Positions 1 through 13,714 of a stretch of DNA of 64,000 nt are shown piece after piece. Source of the DNA: Azolla caroliniana (Eukaryota; Plantae; Polypodiophyta). Made by a program: the position numbers and the translations under genes. The notes beneath the pieces were generated by a model. That model was given only the letters and a program-made list of their open reading frames with translations. It was not told the origin of the DNA and ran no database searches. The DNA lies in the NCBI GenBank assembly GCA_043228905.1, contig JBHGNT010000009.1, forward strand, positions 10,788,001 through 10,852,000, read 5' to 3'. Position 1 is the first letter of the stretch. Each line of letters begins with the position of its first letter.

Positions 1-2472
1 TTCGGCAAGCGTACTGGAAAAACAGAAATCATGACATAATGGCATCAGCTCAACATGAAAATAGCATAGTATATGGGGAATACTTTTTTTAAGCTTGATA
101 GAAGCTATTAAAATTGGATCCTCATCAGGCTTTTTTTGTATGTTTCTTTGTATGGAAACATAGTTAAAGGAAAGAAGATTGTAACAATATATATTGTGAT
201 GGTTAGAGTGAATGTTGCATAATGATGTAAACCACATCTTACATTATGTGGTAATGCAATACCCTTCTTGTAGCCAGTACTCTCAGTGCAATTTCTGAGA
301 GCCCCTCACACCCTCATTTTTGCTGCAAAGACCACAAGTAGGCCATGTAGAACACACACTAAGCCTTTTCCATTTAGAACCAGCTCTTGCCAGCATTTGC
401 AAAAAATTTAAATGATATATATATATACATTTACCAAGAAAACCAAAAACCTGCACAACGGGCATGCCAAAATATTCGTCATACCTTGATTTTCTTGTTG
501 AAGTTCCTCTGATTGCGCTTCTGTCTATATCGCTCGATCCGCTTCTGCTTTTCTTCCTTGGTGTACTTGGAAAAGTCTGGCTGTTGTGGTTCGCGCAACG
601 TTTCAACATCATCGAGAGTCAAGCAACCCTAAGAACAAACAAGCATACTACACAACTTATGCAATGGAAGGAGAAAGCATGCAATACGTATGTATAAATG
701 TGTATGTGTATATTTCAAGTTACCTGAATGACTGCAGTATTATCATATAGAGATGAACGTTGGAATTCTGGTACTTCAAGATCATTGTTGTTGCACAAGA
801 CGGACAACAAAGGATCTATCATAGATGGTAGTGGTAAGGAATCTGCATTGCATGGGTTGAATGGAACATTAGTGTAGCTTTGGAGATTGTCGGGGATGGT
901 GTGCTCTGCATGGCACGTTTGCATCGGCGGCAACATTAGCGGGTCATGCAAAGATGTATGCATCATGTTATTGTCATGCAAAGATGTCTGCATCATGTTA
1001 TTGTTACATCCGATGAGGTTGGAGGGATCAGTTATCATAACATGAGGATTGATTGCCAAGTTATACCCCACGAGCTGGAAAGGATCGATGGACGTCTCTG
1101 TTGCATTACAAAGAGTGTTACTGCCATTCTGGATGTTAGCATCATCCGGCATGAGATAGAATGGCGGTTCATCGATAGCAGCCAAGTTTGTGAGGTGTTC
1201 ATGTTTGGTCTTTGTGAGGTATTCTAGGGGGTTCGACATGATGGAGTTGGGTGTCAACGGAGGAGGGTGAATTGTTGGAGCAGCAGCACTTGGAGGAGGA
1301 GGAACCTCCAAATTGAGTGGTGGTGGTGTTGGTGTTGGTGGGTGGTGATGATGATGATGATGGTTATATAAGGAGTCAAACGTAGTACTACAATGATCAC
1401 ATGTGTGTGTGGTGTCATTAGAGGGCTTCCTAAGTGGGAATGTGCTGCTAGGAATACAAGCATTATAAGGGCCTATTCTAGAGGAAGAGGAGGAGAAAGA
1501 GGAGGGTGGGGATATGTTGTTGTTGTTAGTTACAGAAGGAGTAATATTAGTAGTAGGACCAAGGCATGGTGTATCGCAAAACACGACCCGCCCCTCCCCT
1601 CCGCCCCCGGGATTTGAGATGAAACACATGATTGGTAATAGAAAAGAGTCATGCTCCAGAAACTTTGGAGGAGGAGGAGGAGGAGGAGGAGGAGGCGAAG
1701 ACGACGACCACGACCACGCGTGGTTACTGTTAGTCAGAGTAGTGTCTTCTTCTTCTTCTTCTTCTTCTTCTTCTTCTTCTTCTGTAACAGACATTATTAG
1801 GCTTGGGACAGCATTCTCTTCACTACTTTTGTTACAGTTACTCTCCACCTGCACCTTTACATCGCTCCCTCCTCCTGATAATTCATCAATGCTCTTCTTC
1901 TTCTTCTTCTTCTTCTTCTTCTTCCTTAACATCGTCTCTAGCTTTGTCCTTTCCTTCTTCACCTTGTCATCCGCAGCTTGGCCATCACCATCTTCTTCCT
2001 GCAAAAGAAAAAGAATCAGAAAAACGTTGATGATCATAGCAAAACCACATGTCATAAATATACATAGCTATGTATGTAGCTATGATTAAGATAAAAAAAC
2101 AAAACAACAACTAAATAAATAAATACTCATACACCTATGTATGAGTATAGAAACACAGCGAGGGATAGAGTGAAGAGAACTGTTTCTCACCCGCAATTCA
2201 ATGCAACATAACTCTGAATCCTCTTCCTCTTCCTCTCCCTCAGCATCATCATCATCTGAAGCATCATCGTCATCGTCTTCTTCTTCTTCTTCTTCTTCTT
2301 CTTCATCAACATCATGTTCATCTTCAGAATCATCATCGTCGCCAGCAGCAGCAGACATTGCAGGGTATCGGAAAGGAGGAGAGCACATGGTGTCTTTACA
2401 TTTCTTCGTCTTCTGTTGGCATTGTGGGTATTTAAGAAGCTTCTTTTGGGCGAGACCCCTACCCTCTTGCAT
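1..2472 (-). CDS. CCT-motif family protein (CMF/ASML2-like); exons 2472-2191, 1998-724, 628-485, 13-<1; 3' end lies outside the window
   Basis: GT-AG introns, all phase 0. Exon 3 plus exon 4 read ...YTKEEKQKRIERYRQKRNQRNFNKKIK|YACR, the start of a CCT domain with the typical intron before YACRK. The N-terminal part is low-complexity. The start could be 2472 or a downstream ATG. Confidence 0.88.
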
Positions 2473-2858
2473 GACGATGAGGAGGAGGAGGATGATGATG
2501 ATGCTAGATACGTCGTATGTATATATAAATCATAAATCCCTTCCTTTTCTTTTTATTTACGCTTTTCAACTTTCTCGCGAGCTAACTTTAGCTTAGCCTA
2601 AATCCTCGCGACAATTCCTTTCCATTTCTTTCTAGAAGTAGCAACAGAAGAAGAAGAAGAAGAAGATAGTGATCTGAAATTCTCCTCCAAATAACCCCAG
2701 CGCAAAAGCAAAAAGCAGAAGGAATGTTTTAAAGAGAGAGGAAGAGGAAGGGAGAGTGCATTGCATTACATACATACATTCATTCATTTATTCCATTTTC
2801 TTTTCTTTTATTTATTTTTGGAGGCGACGCGGAGGGAGCGTGGCAATCACAAAACATT

Positions 2859-3147
2859 CCTCTCTCTCTCTCTCTCTCTCTCAATCGGAGGACCTTCTCG
2901 TCGTCTCCTCACTAACTTTGGAGAGCCTAACTTTAGTCACTCCACTTTTCCTCCTCCCCTTTAATCCTTACACACTCATTTCCAACCTATAGGCTATATG
3001 TACATATGTATACACTCACACTCACGCTCACGCTCACCCTACTCTCACAACACAACCAAATGAACCTCCATAGTGATACACATACACACACACACACCCA
3101 TTTGTGTGTGTGTGTGTGTGAGAGAGAGAGACAGAGAGAGAGACAGA
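2859..3147. repeat. (CT)n, (CA)n, (GT)n and (GA)n microsatellite cluster upstream of the CCT gene
   Basis: Dinucleotide runs seen directly. Confidence 0.9.
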
Positions 3148-4078
3148 GAAGGTGGGGGTGGGGGAGGAGGAGAAGAGGGAGTGCTTTCACTATCTAGCTA
3201 TTGGCTGAAATGCATCAATTGCTCCATGCGGCAAAGCATAACTTTCAATATCTAAGGTATTGGGGATTATGGCCTGATTGGCCAATGTATAATGCCTTTG
3301 TTTTTTATGCTCAATATGGATGGGGTTCAGGCATACTAGTATGATCATATAGTTCCCCTTATTGGAGACTTTAGGGAGGTTCTCAAAATGTCATGTTTGT
3401 CATTTCCATTGATCTTTACAGCATGAGATTATATATGTCCAAACAATGCAACTAAATATGTGCAATTCCACTTGTCTTGACTCTTGACCCATTGTAGAGC
3501 ACCTTCATCTCCACTTGATCTGCGGTAATGTATGTATGGCTGGCCCAAGATGTTTGGGTGAGGGGATTTCTCTTACACAAAGAAGTGTTAGTCAATATGC
3601 ACATCCCCTACCTTCACGCTAACATTTTGGCAAGCATTGTGTAGCTCCTTGGTCGTTCATGTCGGCGCTCTTACCTTCAACCCATGTTTAGTGTTGATTG
3701 TAGAAGTCGATGGACATTAGATTGATCTTGGATCTATGGTTGATCAATGCCATCATTGGCTTGTTCACATACCCGATCCCCGCTGAGGTCTTTGTTGTCT
3801 TGTTACCCAATGTGGCCTTGTGTAGTGACTATCCACGAGTCTTCTTCGGTCTCAAACCCATCTATTGCACCGCATTTACATTCATAGGCCTTTCCCCTTC
3901 TAACTTGGTCAAGAGCCGCATCATCATCATCAAGTCAATGATGGCGTTGTGGAACTCTTGTTTTGCAATGCCTAGGACCTCTTATAGAGTGAACTCTTTA
4001 CTCCATCTCTCTTTTAAGGTTTGTTGTTTGTTTGATTTCAAAGTAAATCTTGAAGTTCAGGCCAATATTCTCCAATCT

Positions 4079-4180
4079 TATAGAGTCTCAACGTAGTTAA
4101 CAAGATGTCGAAATGAGGGTAGCTAGGCCTCTTATTTATAGCGATACCCAAGGCCCCCAGGCAAGTTCACACTTGGCCTA
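4079..4180 (-). mobile_element. LTR fragment of the Gypsy-I family
   Basis: AAATGAGGGTAGCTAGGCCTC...AAGGCCCCCAGGCAAGTTCACACTTGGCCT matches the LTR at about 57460-57560 and 63560-63655. Confidence 0.8.
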
Positions 4181-4526
4181 GCTACCCTCATACGGGCGGG
4201 TGGGTAGTCGCTCATGTGGCCTCTTGAGCGCTCGTGTGTGTGAGTGCGTGTCTCTCTCTCTCTTTCGTTAGTGTTAGGGTTGGAACCGACTCCTCCCTTC
4301 GCCAAGCATCTCAAGTCTCATATCTTTATGACGTTCCAGCTCCCTCGTCTTCTCCCATCCTCTTTTCTTCAACTATACATGTTGGACTAAAAGTCCCACT
4401 CCACCCAGTTGATCTGTTTTTATTATAATTATCTATCTGTGCATAGCATGCATGAAATCCAATATGCATATATAATAATCATTAATTTTGAGAAAGATTA
4501 ATTAGAATAAGTACATGCGTATGAGT

Positions 4527-5904
4527 TAAAATCAAAGATTTGTACGAGCCCATCGACAGAGAAAAAATACCCATGGGGGTAATAGAGTTTGAATGGAAAC
4601 TCCTGAACAGGAAGGCGATGGCCACCATCAGACAATGCGTAGAGGTAAGATTACATGCTTTTATTTGTGGAATTCTTGGAGACTTCCAAAAGGATTGTCG
4701 ACACCTTAAGAAGGACAAAGATGCCTCAAAGGATGTCGAACCCAGAAATGTTTTTGAGGAGAAGGGCACATCAGTCGTAGCTACAAGTGAAGAGGAGATC
4801 TTGTTCATTTGTGAGCAGGCAAGCACAAATCTTGCAAGTGAAGAGTGTACCTGGGTAATCCACTTGGGTGCATATTTCCATATAACTCCCTTGAGAGAGT
4901 GTTTCTCGACTTACACAGTCGGTGACCATGGCTATGTAAAAATGGGAGATAATGATGCAAGCTAGTCGGTGTCGGAAATGTATGTCTGACAACGTCGACC
5001 GGTTGTCGGCTGATCTTGAAGGATGTTCGACATTGTGAGAGTTCAAGATCATCATTCTTGGGAAGCCACTCACACCTCCTTCCATCTTTGCACGTGTCGC
5101 TCTAATACTAGTTTGTCGGGATGGGATCGCGGATCTGTTGCAGAAATACACAACGTGGAACAGAAAACAACAAATGGACAAAGTATGCACAATACACAGT
5201 TTTATGTGGAAACCCTAAACGGGGAAAACCACGGGAACAGAGATACACAACAGAGAATACAAAGGAGACTAGTATACAACACTCTATATACAGAGTATAT
5301 CAGCCACGCATGTCTCTTAGCATCTAAGCTCACTCAGCTATGGCGCCGCTCACACCTCTCTCTCCGTACACTCTTCTCTGCACTCTACTCTTTCTGTTCT
5401 ACACAAAATGGTTTTGCCCTAGAGGTATTTATACCTCAGCACAATATGGGCTATTTACAATATGTCTGTTATTATTATTATCTAATAATAACAGTAACAA
5501 TTGTTAATACACTAACTGATCGATTAGTCGTTTCAACTAGCCAAGTCCTATGTCGACTGTCCAATCAGCCCGACTAGTTGATCTTGTCCTCGACTTGGAT
5601 CATCTACTATCGACTCTCTCTTAGTTGACTTTCCATGTCGACTCTCTCTAAGTTGACTCTCCATGTCATCGACTATAGTTGCTAATACACCGACTGATCG
5701 ATTAGTCATTTCGACTAGCCAAGTCCTATGTCGACTGTCCAATCAGCCTGACTAATCGATCTTGTCCTCGACTTGGATCATCTACTGTCGACTCTCTTTT
5801 AGTTGACTCTCCATGTCATCGACTGTCGGTTCTCAACCCGACTAGTCGGTTACTCCTTGACTTCGACTGTCGGTTCCTCCCATAGGAGGGACATATTCCT
5901 AACA
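4527..5904. mobile_element. Rearranged Ty1/Copia remnant (Copia-F family): LTR 5114-5904, degenerate PBS 5099-5110 and gag start on minus; inverted gag/protease piece 4527-5033 on plus
   Basis: Minus strand MEGGVSGFPRMMILNSHN; plus strand KDLYEPIDREK...WKLLNRKAMATIRQCV, Zn-knuckle remnant and WVIHLGAYFH protease motif. The LTR end ...ATTCCTAACA is shared with 39841. About 180-bp tandem duplication at about 5513-5826. Confidence 0.8.
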
Positions 5905-6141
5905 TATATACAAGGTGGCTTATACATAAATTGGGGAATCACCCTCTGACTGAGTTCAAGAATATGAGACTACGTACATATCCTTTCAAACTGATTACTT
6001 AATGTAAGTAGGTACCTATGGTTATAAACTAGTGCCCTTCATCACGAGCGAATACAAGCCGGATCCTATGGCCTACAACGAAGGGAGGGGGGGAGGTGAG
6101 TAGGAAACAACCCGCGTGGGGGTTGGTAGTTCCACCTCGGG

Positions 6142-6310
6142 CTATTTCCTCCTTGCGTCACCATTGGCGTGTTCCACTATTTCTGTTAGAAGCCCAAACA
6201 GGTAGTTGATAATCGCGAACCATATATCTATGATCAATTTCTCCGAGGGGCGTACCGGATCTTGGAGAACCTTTAGGCAACGTGCTTTCCATACATACCA
6301 GAAGGTGAAG
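6142..6310 (-). pseudogene. Possible L1-type LINE ORF2 C-terminal remnant
   Basis: FWYVWKARCLKV resembles the W.IWK.RN..VF motif near the end of plant L1 ORF2. Confidence 0.4.
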
Positions 6311-6700
6311 CCTGATGAATAGATAGTGAGAGAGACATTAGATAGATAGATAGATGTATATGTATACATACATACATATTGGAAGATATTTGTTTGTTTC
6401 TGAGAGATATTTTTTGGATGTAATGTTGCTTGCTGCTCTTTCTTGGTTTCTCTCTCTCTCTCTCTACTCTAACATGTATGTATAATGTATGTATGTACAT
6501 ATATGTATAGATAATATATGTATGTATTTATCTCTCTCGCTCTGTCTCTCTCATTCCTTTTCTTTCTTTCTTTCTCCTCGTTTACTTACTTCCATACAGA
6601 TAGATATACTCAATACTCATACTCTCTGTTCCACACCTCCTCCCTTCCCTTCCCTTCCCTTCCCTTCAACAGTCAGGAAAGGAGGCGAGGCGAGGCGGCC

Positions 6701-7405
6701 ATGGATTCTCTGACAGTCACTGCAAGAAGCCTCTTCAACAACCCTTCCGCTACCACTACTAATAGTACTACTACCTCTCTCCTCTCTACTCCCTCCTGCA
6801 AACCTGTGAACGATGGACTACTACTACGACTGCTCTTCCCATCCTCAAGCACCAGGTCAATGGCCTCATCCTTACAGAAGCAGCGACGAGAGCGACTAGT
6901 CACTATAGTGGCCAACTCGTACTCGGCTCGACGGCCTTCGGAGCGCTCTTACAGAGGTGGGCGGCCCTCGGAGCCGTACCCCAATGTCTCAGAGCTTGAC
7001 ATACAGGAGCAGATCGCGCAGCTGGACCTTGACCCTCACAAGCTGCTGGTGAAGGGAGACCCCAACTCAATGCAAGCTATAATCAAAGACGTGATGCCTG
7101 TCGGATATTTTGTGAGTCTCCCCACAGGGCGTGATGGCTACCTCCCCGCCGATGATCTCGGCTTCACAGGTGGCCTTGCTGTCCTTCAGCGCCTCTTCAA
7201 GGAAGGTCAGGAGATCACTGTTCGGATTGTGTGCCGAGGGGGTGCTGGGCGAGAGATTGTGTCCATCAAGAAGCCCGAGTTCGCCCCGCCAAGCGAGCAA
7301 AAGACAATCGAAAGCTTGAGACTCCACTTCGAGAACGAGAAGAAGAATAGGATGAATCCCAGGAACCGGCGGCATCAGAACTACAATAATAGCAGTAATT
7401 ATTGA
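6701..7405 (+). CDS. Single S1 RNA-binding-domain protein with putative chloroplast transit peptide (234 aa, no intron in the CDS)
   Basis: ATG at 6701 in GCCATGG context. Ser/Thr-rich N-terminus nearly free of acidic residues. S1 pattern IKDVMPVGYFVSLPTGRDGYLPADDL...FKEGQEITVRIV...IVSIK. Confidence 0.8.
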   Translation: MDSLTVTARSLFNNPSATTTNSTTTSLLSTPSCKPVNDGLLLRLLFPSSSTRSMASSLQKQRRERLVTIVANSYSARRPSERSYRGGRPSEPYPNVSELDIQEQIAQLDLDPHKLLVKGDPNSMQAIIKDVMPVGYFVSLPTGRDGYLPADDLGFTGGLAVLQRLFKEGQEITVRIVCRGGAGREIVSIKKPEFAPPSEQKTIESLRLHFENEKKNRMNPRNRRHQNYNNSSNY

Positions 7406-9635
7406 GCTGCTTCTTCTTCTTCTTCTTCTTCTTTTTCTCCAAGTAAGTTGGAATTTGATGTTTACTTAGTAGCTATAACCCTGTTAGGTAGGTAGGAAAT
7501 TCTTTCATGTTGAGATGTTTGTTATGTTTGTGGGAAAACTATGTCTTTATAATGTGTTGTGTGGTGAGTAGGGTTTTGATGCCTGAAACTAGCCTAAACT
7601 AGCCAGGTGAAAACCTGTTTGTTGGCTTCTTGGGGCCCAAACTAGCCATGATATTTTCTTACTCACAACTATGCCCTTAATATGTTTCTCTATGGGGTTG
7701 TTATCATGGCATGTATAAATCAATAAAGCAAACGGCCTCTTTTGGGGCTGGATTATGTTATCCATTTCAGGTTTCCGCTCGTCTGGGGATCAACAAATAT
7801 AACTCTCTACTTGTGCCTTGAAAATTGACTGGCTTTTGCTGTATGGAAGGTTTTCCCGAGTTTCATCTGCCACCTTGAACCCCTCATATTTTATTTTTAT
7901 GGTTTAGAGTTTTAGTGATATGATGCTACAATCATGGGAACAAAAATGAACACTTTTTATATATATGCTTGCCTATATCTAATGCATGCTTGTCACAACA
8001 TCTCTGGTGCTGAAGGAGAACATTCATCAGATTGAACCGCAGTTACTTAAAAATGCAGGGAATGCATCTAAAATGATTTTTTAATTTTGTATTATCGTGA
8101 GGTTGATGATAGTGCATATGGTATTTGTGAATATGCATTCTTTCATGGGTCCAGAGATTGGGTGCCACAGAATGATCCTTTCACCGATTTAATTTTGGAT
8201 CGCAATTATGGAGTGCTTGTTTTCTTTATCATTATAATGATCTATTCTTTACAATAGTTCTAACAATTCTCTCAGTTGAATAGTTTAATGATTGTACATC
8301 GGAATAGGTCCCCTTGTAGACCGATTTTTGCCTTGCCATCCCCATTCCACAAGCCAACAAACTCTATATATGCCCTATTGAAAGTGTTGTAAATGTGATT
8401 ACTGTTCTTCTTCATGTGATTGCACGCATATATGATAGAATATGTTATTACATCATAATGCTTGCTGATATGCTCCCTTGTTGTTGGTTTATGGTTTCTT
8501 TACCTCAAAATCTTGTGTTATATCACAACACTCGGAGTGGGTATTGTGAGCACCACTCAAGATGAGTGCCAAAGTCTTTTGAGACCAAGGTTAGACCCTT
8601 TGGATATGATGATGTCAATGTAATTAGTGACTAGTGAACAACTTCAAAAAAGATAAGCAAAGCAAAATGATAGCTATCTTACTATTGAGAGTTGTCAAGA
8701 GAATAATTCTTCTTTCACCACAGTTCATCATTTTCAGATTTTCCAAGTGAGGTTTGACATATAGTAAGTAATCTTGATCATCAAAGGCCACCTTATCAAA
8801 ACATTCATACCCTACCCTAATTACCCCATTTCTACTCAATTACATAACATCCATATGAAGCTTTTAATTATACTAAGACCTTATTTATGGCATTCTAGAA
8901 AGTGATGTTTTCTTTAACATACAAGCCATTTGTGTATAAGATATTTTGGGTTGGTTGAGGCAGTGGTATTGTTTTCAACCCTTTGGATTGCATGAAAATG
9001 GGGTTTACATTGTTAGAAATATTGAGAATCGATTAGATAGGTATATAGAGTTATAACCACAGAGATGGATATATGAAAACAAAACTTCTATTACATATGA
9101 GAGTAGCTCACAATGGTCGTTCACCCATGCGCTCATACCTTAGAGCTTAGATGGGATCTGGACTAGCTCACTACAAAATTAGTGGGGATTGATGATCAAT
9201 ACACCACTGTGTAAGAGAGTGGATTATATTCTCTGTTTGGTTTGAGTGTAACATTAAATGTGCATTTCAATTGATAGTAGTGGAGATATTCCTTTTTTGT
9301 CAACTGACTTGTCATTTAATATGACCCAACTCCTTAGATATAGGCTAGTGCTAGATAATACTTGTCTTGAAGTCAATGGCACATACTTTATGACTAAGTA
9401 CATTGTAACTTGCCCACAAAATATTCTAGTATACTTGATTAGCCAATCCTATTACCTATTTCGCTCTTTCCTAAATCCATTGTGTTCTACGCATTTATAG
9501 TTTCCTAGATTAACACCTTATCGACCCATATGGTTGAGTTGCACACTAGTCGCTCCTCATTTGTGGCGCTATCACAAAATGTGCACTCTATGAGCACATA
9601 TGGGGATAGAACTTGGGGCTGATCATTGATTATAT

Positions 9636-12600
9636 CTAACACGCCCTCTTAATGGTCAACCCATTGAGTTCACTTGGAATTGGGCTAACTCCTAGTCGTC
9701 GAAGGTGTTGTTGTAGCCGTTTTGCTCCAAGCGCCTTTGTGAAGATATTCACAGCATTTTTTGATATCGGACAGTACTCAAGCTCCACAGTCTCATCATT
9801 TATTAGCTCTCGCACATAGTGATATTGAATCTCTATGTGTTTAGTACGTGCATGAAATACGGGGTTCTTGGCAATGGTCATGCAACTCTAATTGTCACAC
9901 CTCAATATCGTTGTCATCCTTATTGGAACCGCCACATCTATAAGGATTCTTCTTAGCCAAACTACCTCGCATGCCGCTATGCATGCTACTTTATATTCTG
10001 CCTCCGTTGAAGATAGTGCAACTTTTGGTTGTTTTTTACTACATGAAATAGCTCCAGAGCCTATTGAAAAACAATATCCAGAAACTGATTTTTTGGAATC
10101 ACTATCTCTAGCCCAGTCGGAGTTACAATATCCACTAAGTTCGTCAATTGTTGGCTTGTAGAAGATTTCGTAATTTAAAGTACCCACAATGTACTTTAAT
10201 ACACGTAGTGCAGCTTTCCAATGAGTCTCCTTCAGCTTATTGCTGAATCGACTCACCACACCGACTACAAAACAAATATCTCGCCTAGTGTTGCACAGGA
10301 AAATTAGACTTCCTACTAGCTGTCTATACTTCCTTATGTCAACCATTGGTGACAGGTCTTCTTGGGATAGCTTGCAATTTAACTCCACTGGAGTTGACTT
10401 CGACTTGCTATCCGTCATCCCAAAGGTCTTCAAGATCTCTGTTGCGTACTTTCTTTGTGACATGAAGATGCCAACCGAGGTTTGCCAAACCTCAATTCCA
10501 AGGAAGTAGTGTAAAATCCCCAAGTTTGTCATTTCAAACTCAGTTTTTAAACACTCTTGTGTTTGGCCAATACACTCTTCATGGTCACTAGTAAGTAGTA
10601 GATCATCCACATAAATGATGATGATGACTTGTTTCTCGTCCTTCATTTTGACATACATACTTGCATCCGAAGCACATTGCTTAAAGTCGATTGATTGTAA
10701 AAAGTTGTCTATCCTCTTGTTCCAAGCTCTCGGTACTTGCTTTAGACCATACAACGCCTTCTTCAGCTTACAAACTTTGTTTTCTTAATTCGTCATCTCA
10801 AACCCTGGTGGTTGTGTCACGTATACCTCCTCCTTGAGATGCCCATTCAAAAATGTCGATTTGACATTCATTTGATAAATCGGCCATCCTCTTGAAGCAG
10901 CCAACGCTATGACCATTCGAATTGTTGTCATGCGAGCTGTCGGGGCAAATGTTTCTTGTACATCGAACCCATCAATTTGGGAGGTTACTAGCCTGACCTT
11001 AAATTTCTCCAAAGAACCATCAGCTTTATACTTTACTTTCCACACCCACTTGGTGCTTATCACCTTCCTCTTTGTTGGCCTCTCTACTAACTCCCACGTG
11101 TCATTTTTCATGATGTTATCGTATTTTGATATCATCGCCTCTTTCCACTTCAGGTCGGCCATGTCTTCCTCCACCGAGGTCGGCGCACTCACTAAGCCTA
11201 TGATGTCCACCATCAGAGCCATGTTGACAATGTGGTCAGAGGTTCTCCCTTGCTCATGTATTCTTCTTGATCTTCGTAATCCATCAATTGAAGTTTCAAG
11301 AAACTCAACTTTAGGAGTACGGTCATTGAAGAGTTGTTGAGCCCACGTAGGTATTTTCTTTACATGTGGCACTGGCATAGGTTGAACTAGCGAGCCGTTA
11401 CCATAAGATGGTTCAGCTTCCTTTTCTGGATAGTGGGTCGAGATTGGGGGGAATACTTCTTCGGTTGATGAGATAACTTGAGAATTGTTGTTCTCAGCTA
11501 GTTGTGGTCGTTCCTCATCGAACATCACATCGCGGCTTGTCAATATCTTTCTTGCCTCCGGATCGTAGAGTTGATAGGCATTTGACTCTTCACTATATTC
11601 GAGAAAGATACACTTCTTGCTTTTAGCATCCAACTTCTTTTTGCTCACATCCGGAACATGTGCGTAACATGTACACCCAAAGGTTCTAAAGTGCAACAAT
11701 TAAGGTTTCTTGCCTGAATAAGCTTCTTGGGGTGTTTTCCCTTGAAGTGTCTTAGTGTAGCTTCGATTGAGAATGTAAACTGTTGTATTTGCTGCTTCAG
11801 CCCAGAATGGGTCGGGCAGTGCTTGTGCCTTCAACATACACCTAGCCATCTCGACAATTGTTCGGTTTCAACGTTCGACAATGCCATTTTGTTGTGGGGT
11901 CTTGGCAATTGTAAGTTGGCACTTAATTCCATGCTCTTTGCAATACCCACAGAATTCTATTGATAAGAATTCTCCACCTTGATCAAAGCGTAACTCCTTC
12001 ACTAACTTTCCGAACTCCCGCTCGACAAACTTATGCCATCTTTTGAAGATTTTAAAAGCTTCAGCCTTCTCCCGAAGGAAGGAAACCTGCATATTTCTAT
12101 TGAAGTCATCGACTACTAGCATATAGTAGAGAGATCCACCCATTGTAGGAGTCACCATTTTTCCAAAGAGGTCGATGTGTATTAGTTGTAGAGGAGCCTT
12201 TGTCTGATTTTGACTCTCTTTTGGAATGGTTGATCTTTGATGCTTGCCCATCATACAAGCATCACAAACATGAGTTAAGTCAAATAGGGTTGGCAACCCA
12301 ACTACCATATTCGACTTCTTCATCTCCTTCAACACAGCAACATTGAGATGCCCAAATCTCTCATGCCATTGCTTTGTGTTAGTACTTGTGTTGTGGTCAG
12401 TAGAAATTGTAAACACACTTAACTCATAGATATTGTTGCACCTTACCCCTATTCCTACAACCTTGCCAGTAGAATCTATTATTTTTGCACTCGACTTCTT
12501 GAATCAAACATCAAGACCCTTGTCGGTGAGTGCAGAAATGGACAATAGATTCTTCTTGAGATTTGGCACGTACAACACTTGAGAGAGATGCTTTGTCTCG

Positions 12601-13714
12601 CCGATCGTTGCTTTGAGGGAGATGGTTTCGATTCCTTTAGCTGGACATTGAGCATTGTTCCCGACCACAACATTGATGGGCTCTTGTAGAGGTGTCCAAG
12701 AGTTGTACCAAGCATGATTACTGGTCATATGTCGGGATGCTCCACTATCGAGAATCCAAGAGTCATCGACAACTTGAGCGTCAACTGAAGAACACACTTC
12801 TTCAGTTGCGACCCATAACTAAAGCTCATCCACGACATTGTTGGCGGACTTGGGCTCTCTCCAAGAGGTCTTACTAAAACCATTCTTTTCATCTGCCATC
12901 TTCTTCCGACAATCCTTGATTGTGTGACCCTTCTTGTCACAGTAGAAACATGATCTATTGAACTTCTTCTTTGGTATCCTATTCGCATTGTTTGAATTGG
13001 ATGCCCCTTTACCCTTAGTCCTAGAGACAAATGTTGAATCTTCCCTTCCTTCTCTTGTCTTCAGCTGAAGCTCCTCTTCAAGCAGCATTGCACTTAGTTC
13101 ATCAAATTTTAAAGGAGTGGGTTGAACCTAGTGTTCAATGTTGTCACAATGTCATCATACTTGGAAGAAAGTACTCGAATGCACCAATAAGCCATATCCT
13201 CTGGAGAGACAACTACTCCAACAACTGCCAACTAATCTTGAAGATCCTTAATCCTTTTTACAAAGGATTCTACTTTCTCTCCATCAACGAGCTTCTCTGT
13301 AGCAAGCTGATTTTCGAGGTTTTGTATCCTTGTATAGTTTCTGGTTTCATACTGGTTGGCCAATATGCTCCAAGCTTCATGTGCCTTGGTTGTATGTTGC
13401 ACTAATGTTAGTACAGAGTCACATACACTAGTGACTATAGTACATAGCGCATCAGCATTCCTTCTCTTCAAGGCTCGAAGTAGATCAACATTTGGAGGGA
13501 TTGATGTGGTAGTGTGTGCAGGGTCAAAGGTCACCATGGGCTCAGGGTCACCTCCTGTGGGTCCCATGGTTGTCTCCAACAACTCGTAAGAGTCTAAAAT
13601 GGCAGACATTTTGAACTTCCATAGAGTGTAGTTGGTTCCATCTAGCTTTCCATCAGACAATGGAGGTGGACGAATGCCCGGTGGAGCAGCTGCAACATTC
13701 GTGGACAAGGCCAT
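9636..13714 (-). pseudogene. Copia-A gag-pol with stops and frameshifts
   Basis: ORF pieces in Copia order gag-PR-IN-RT-RH: 13232-13714, 12819-13088, 12504-12797, 11868-12416, 10785-11699, 9888-10754, 9636-9881. Confidence 0.92.

Noticed and set aside
283-612. 109-aa minus-strand ORF as a gene
   Set aside because: Wrong frame; the real exon 628-485 encodes the CCT motif in another frame
1514-2596. Plus-strand poly-G/S/F ORFs
   Set aside because: Antisense shadows of trinucleotide repeats in the CCT gene
6518-6700. N-terminal extension of the S1 ORF
   Set aside because: CT-rich leader; the ATG at 6701 has better context and exposes the transit-like peptide
8624-8839. 71-aa minus-strand ORF
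   Set aside because: No recognisable motif or splice context
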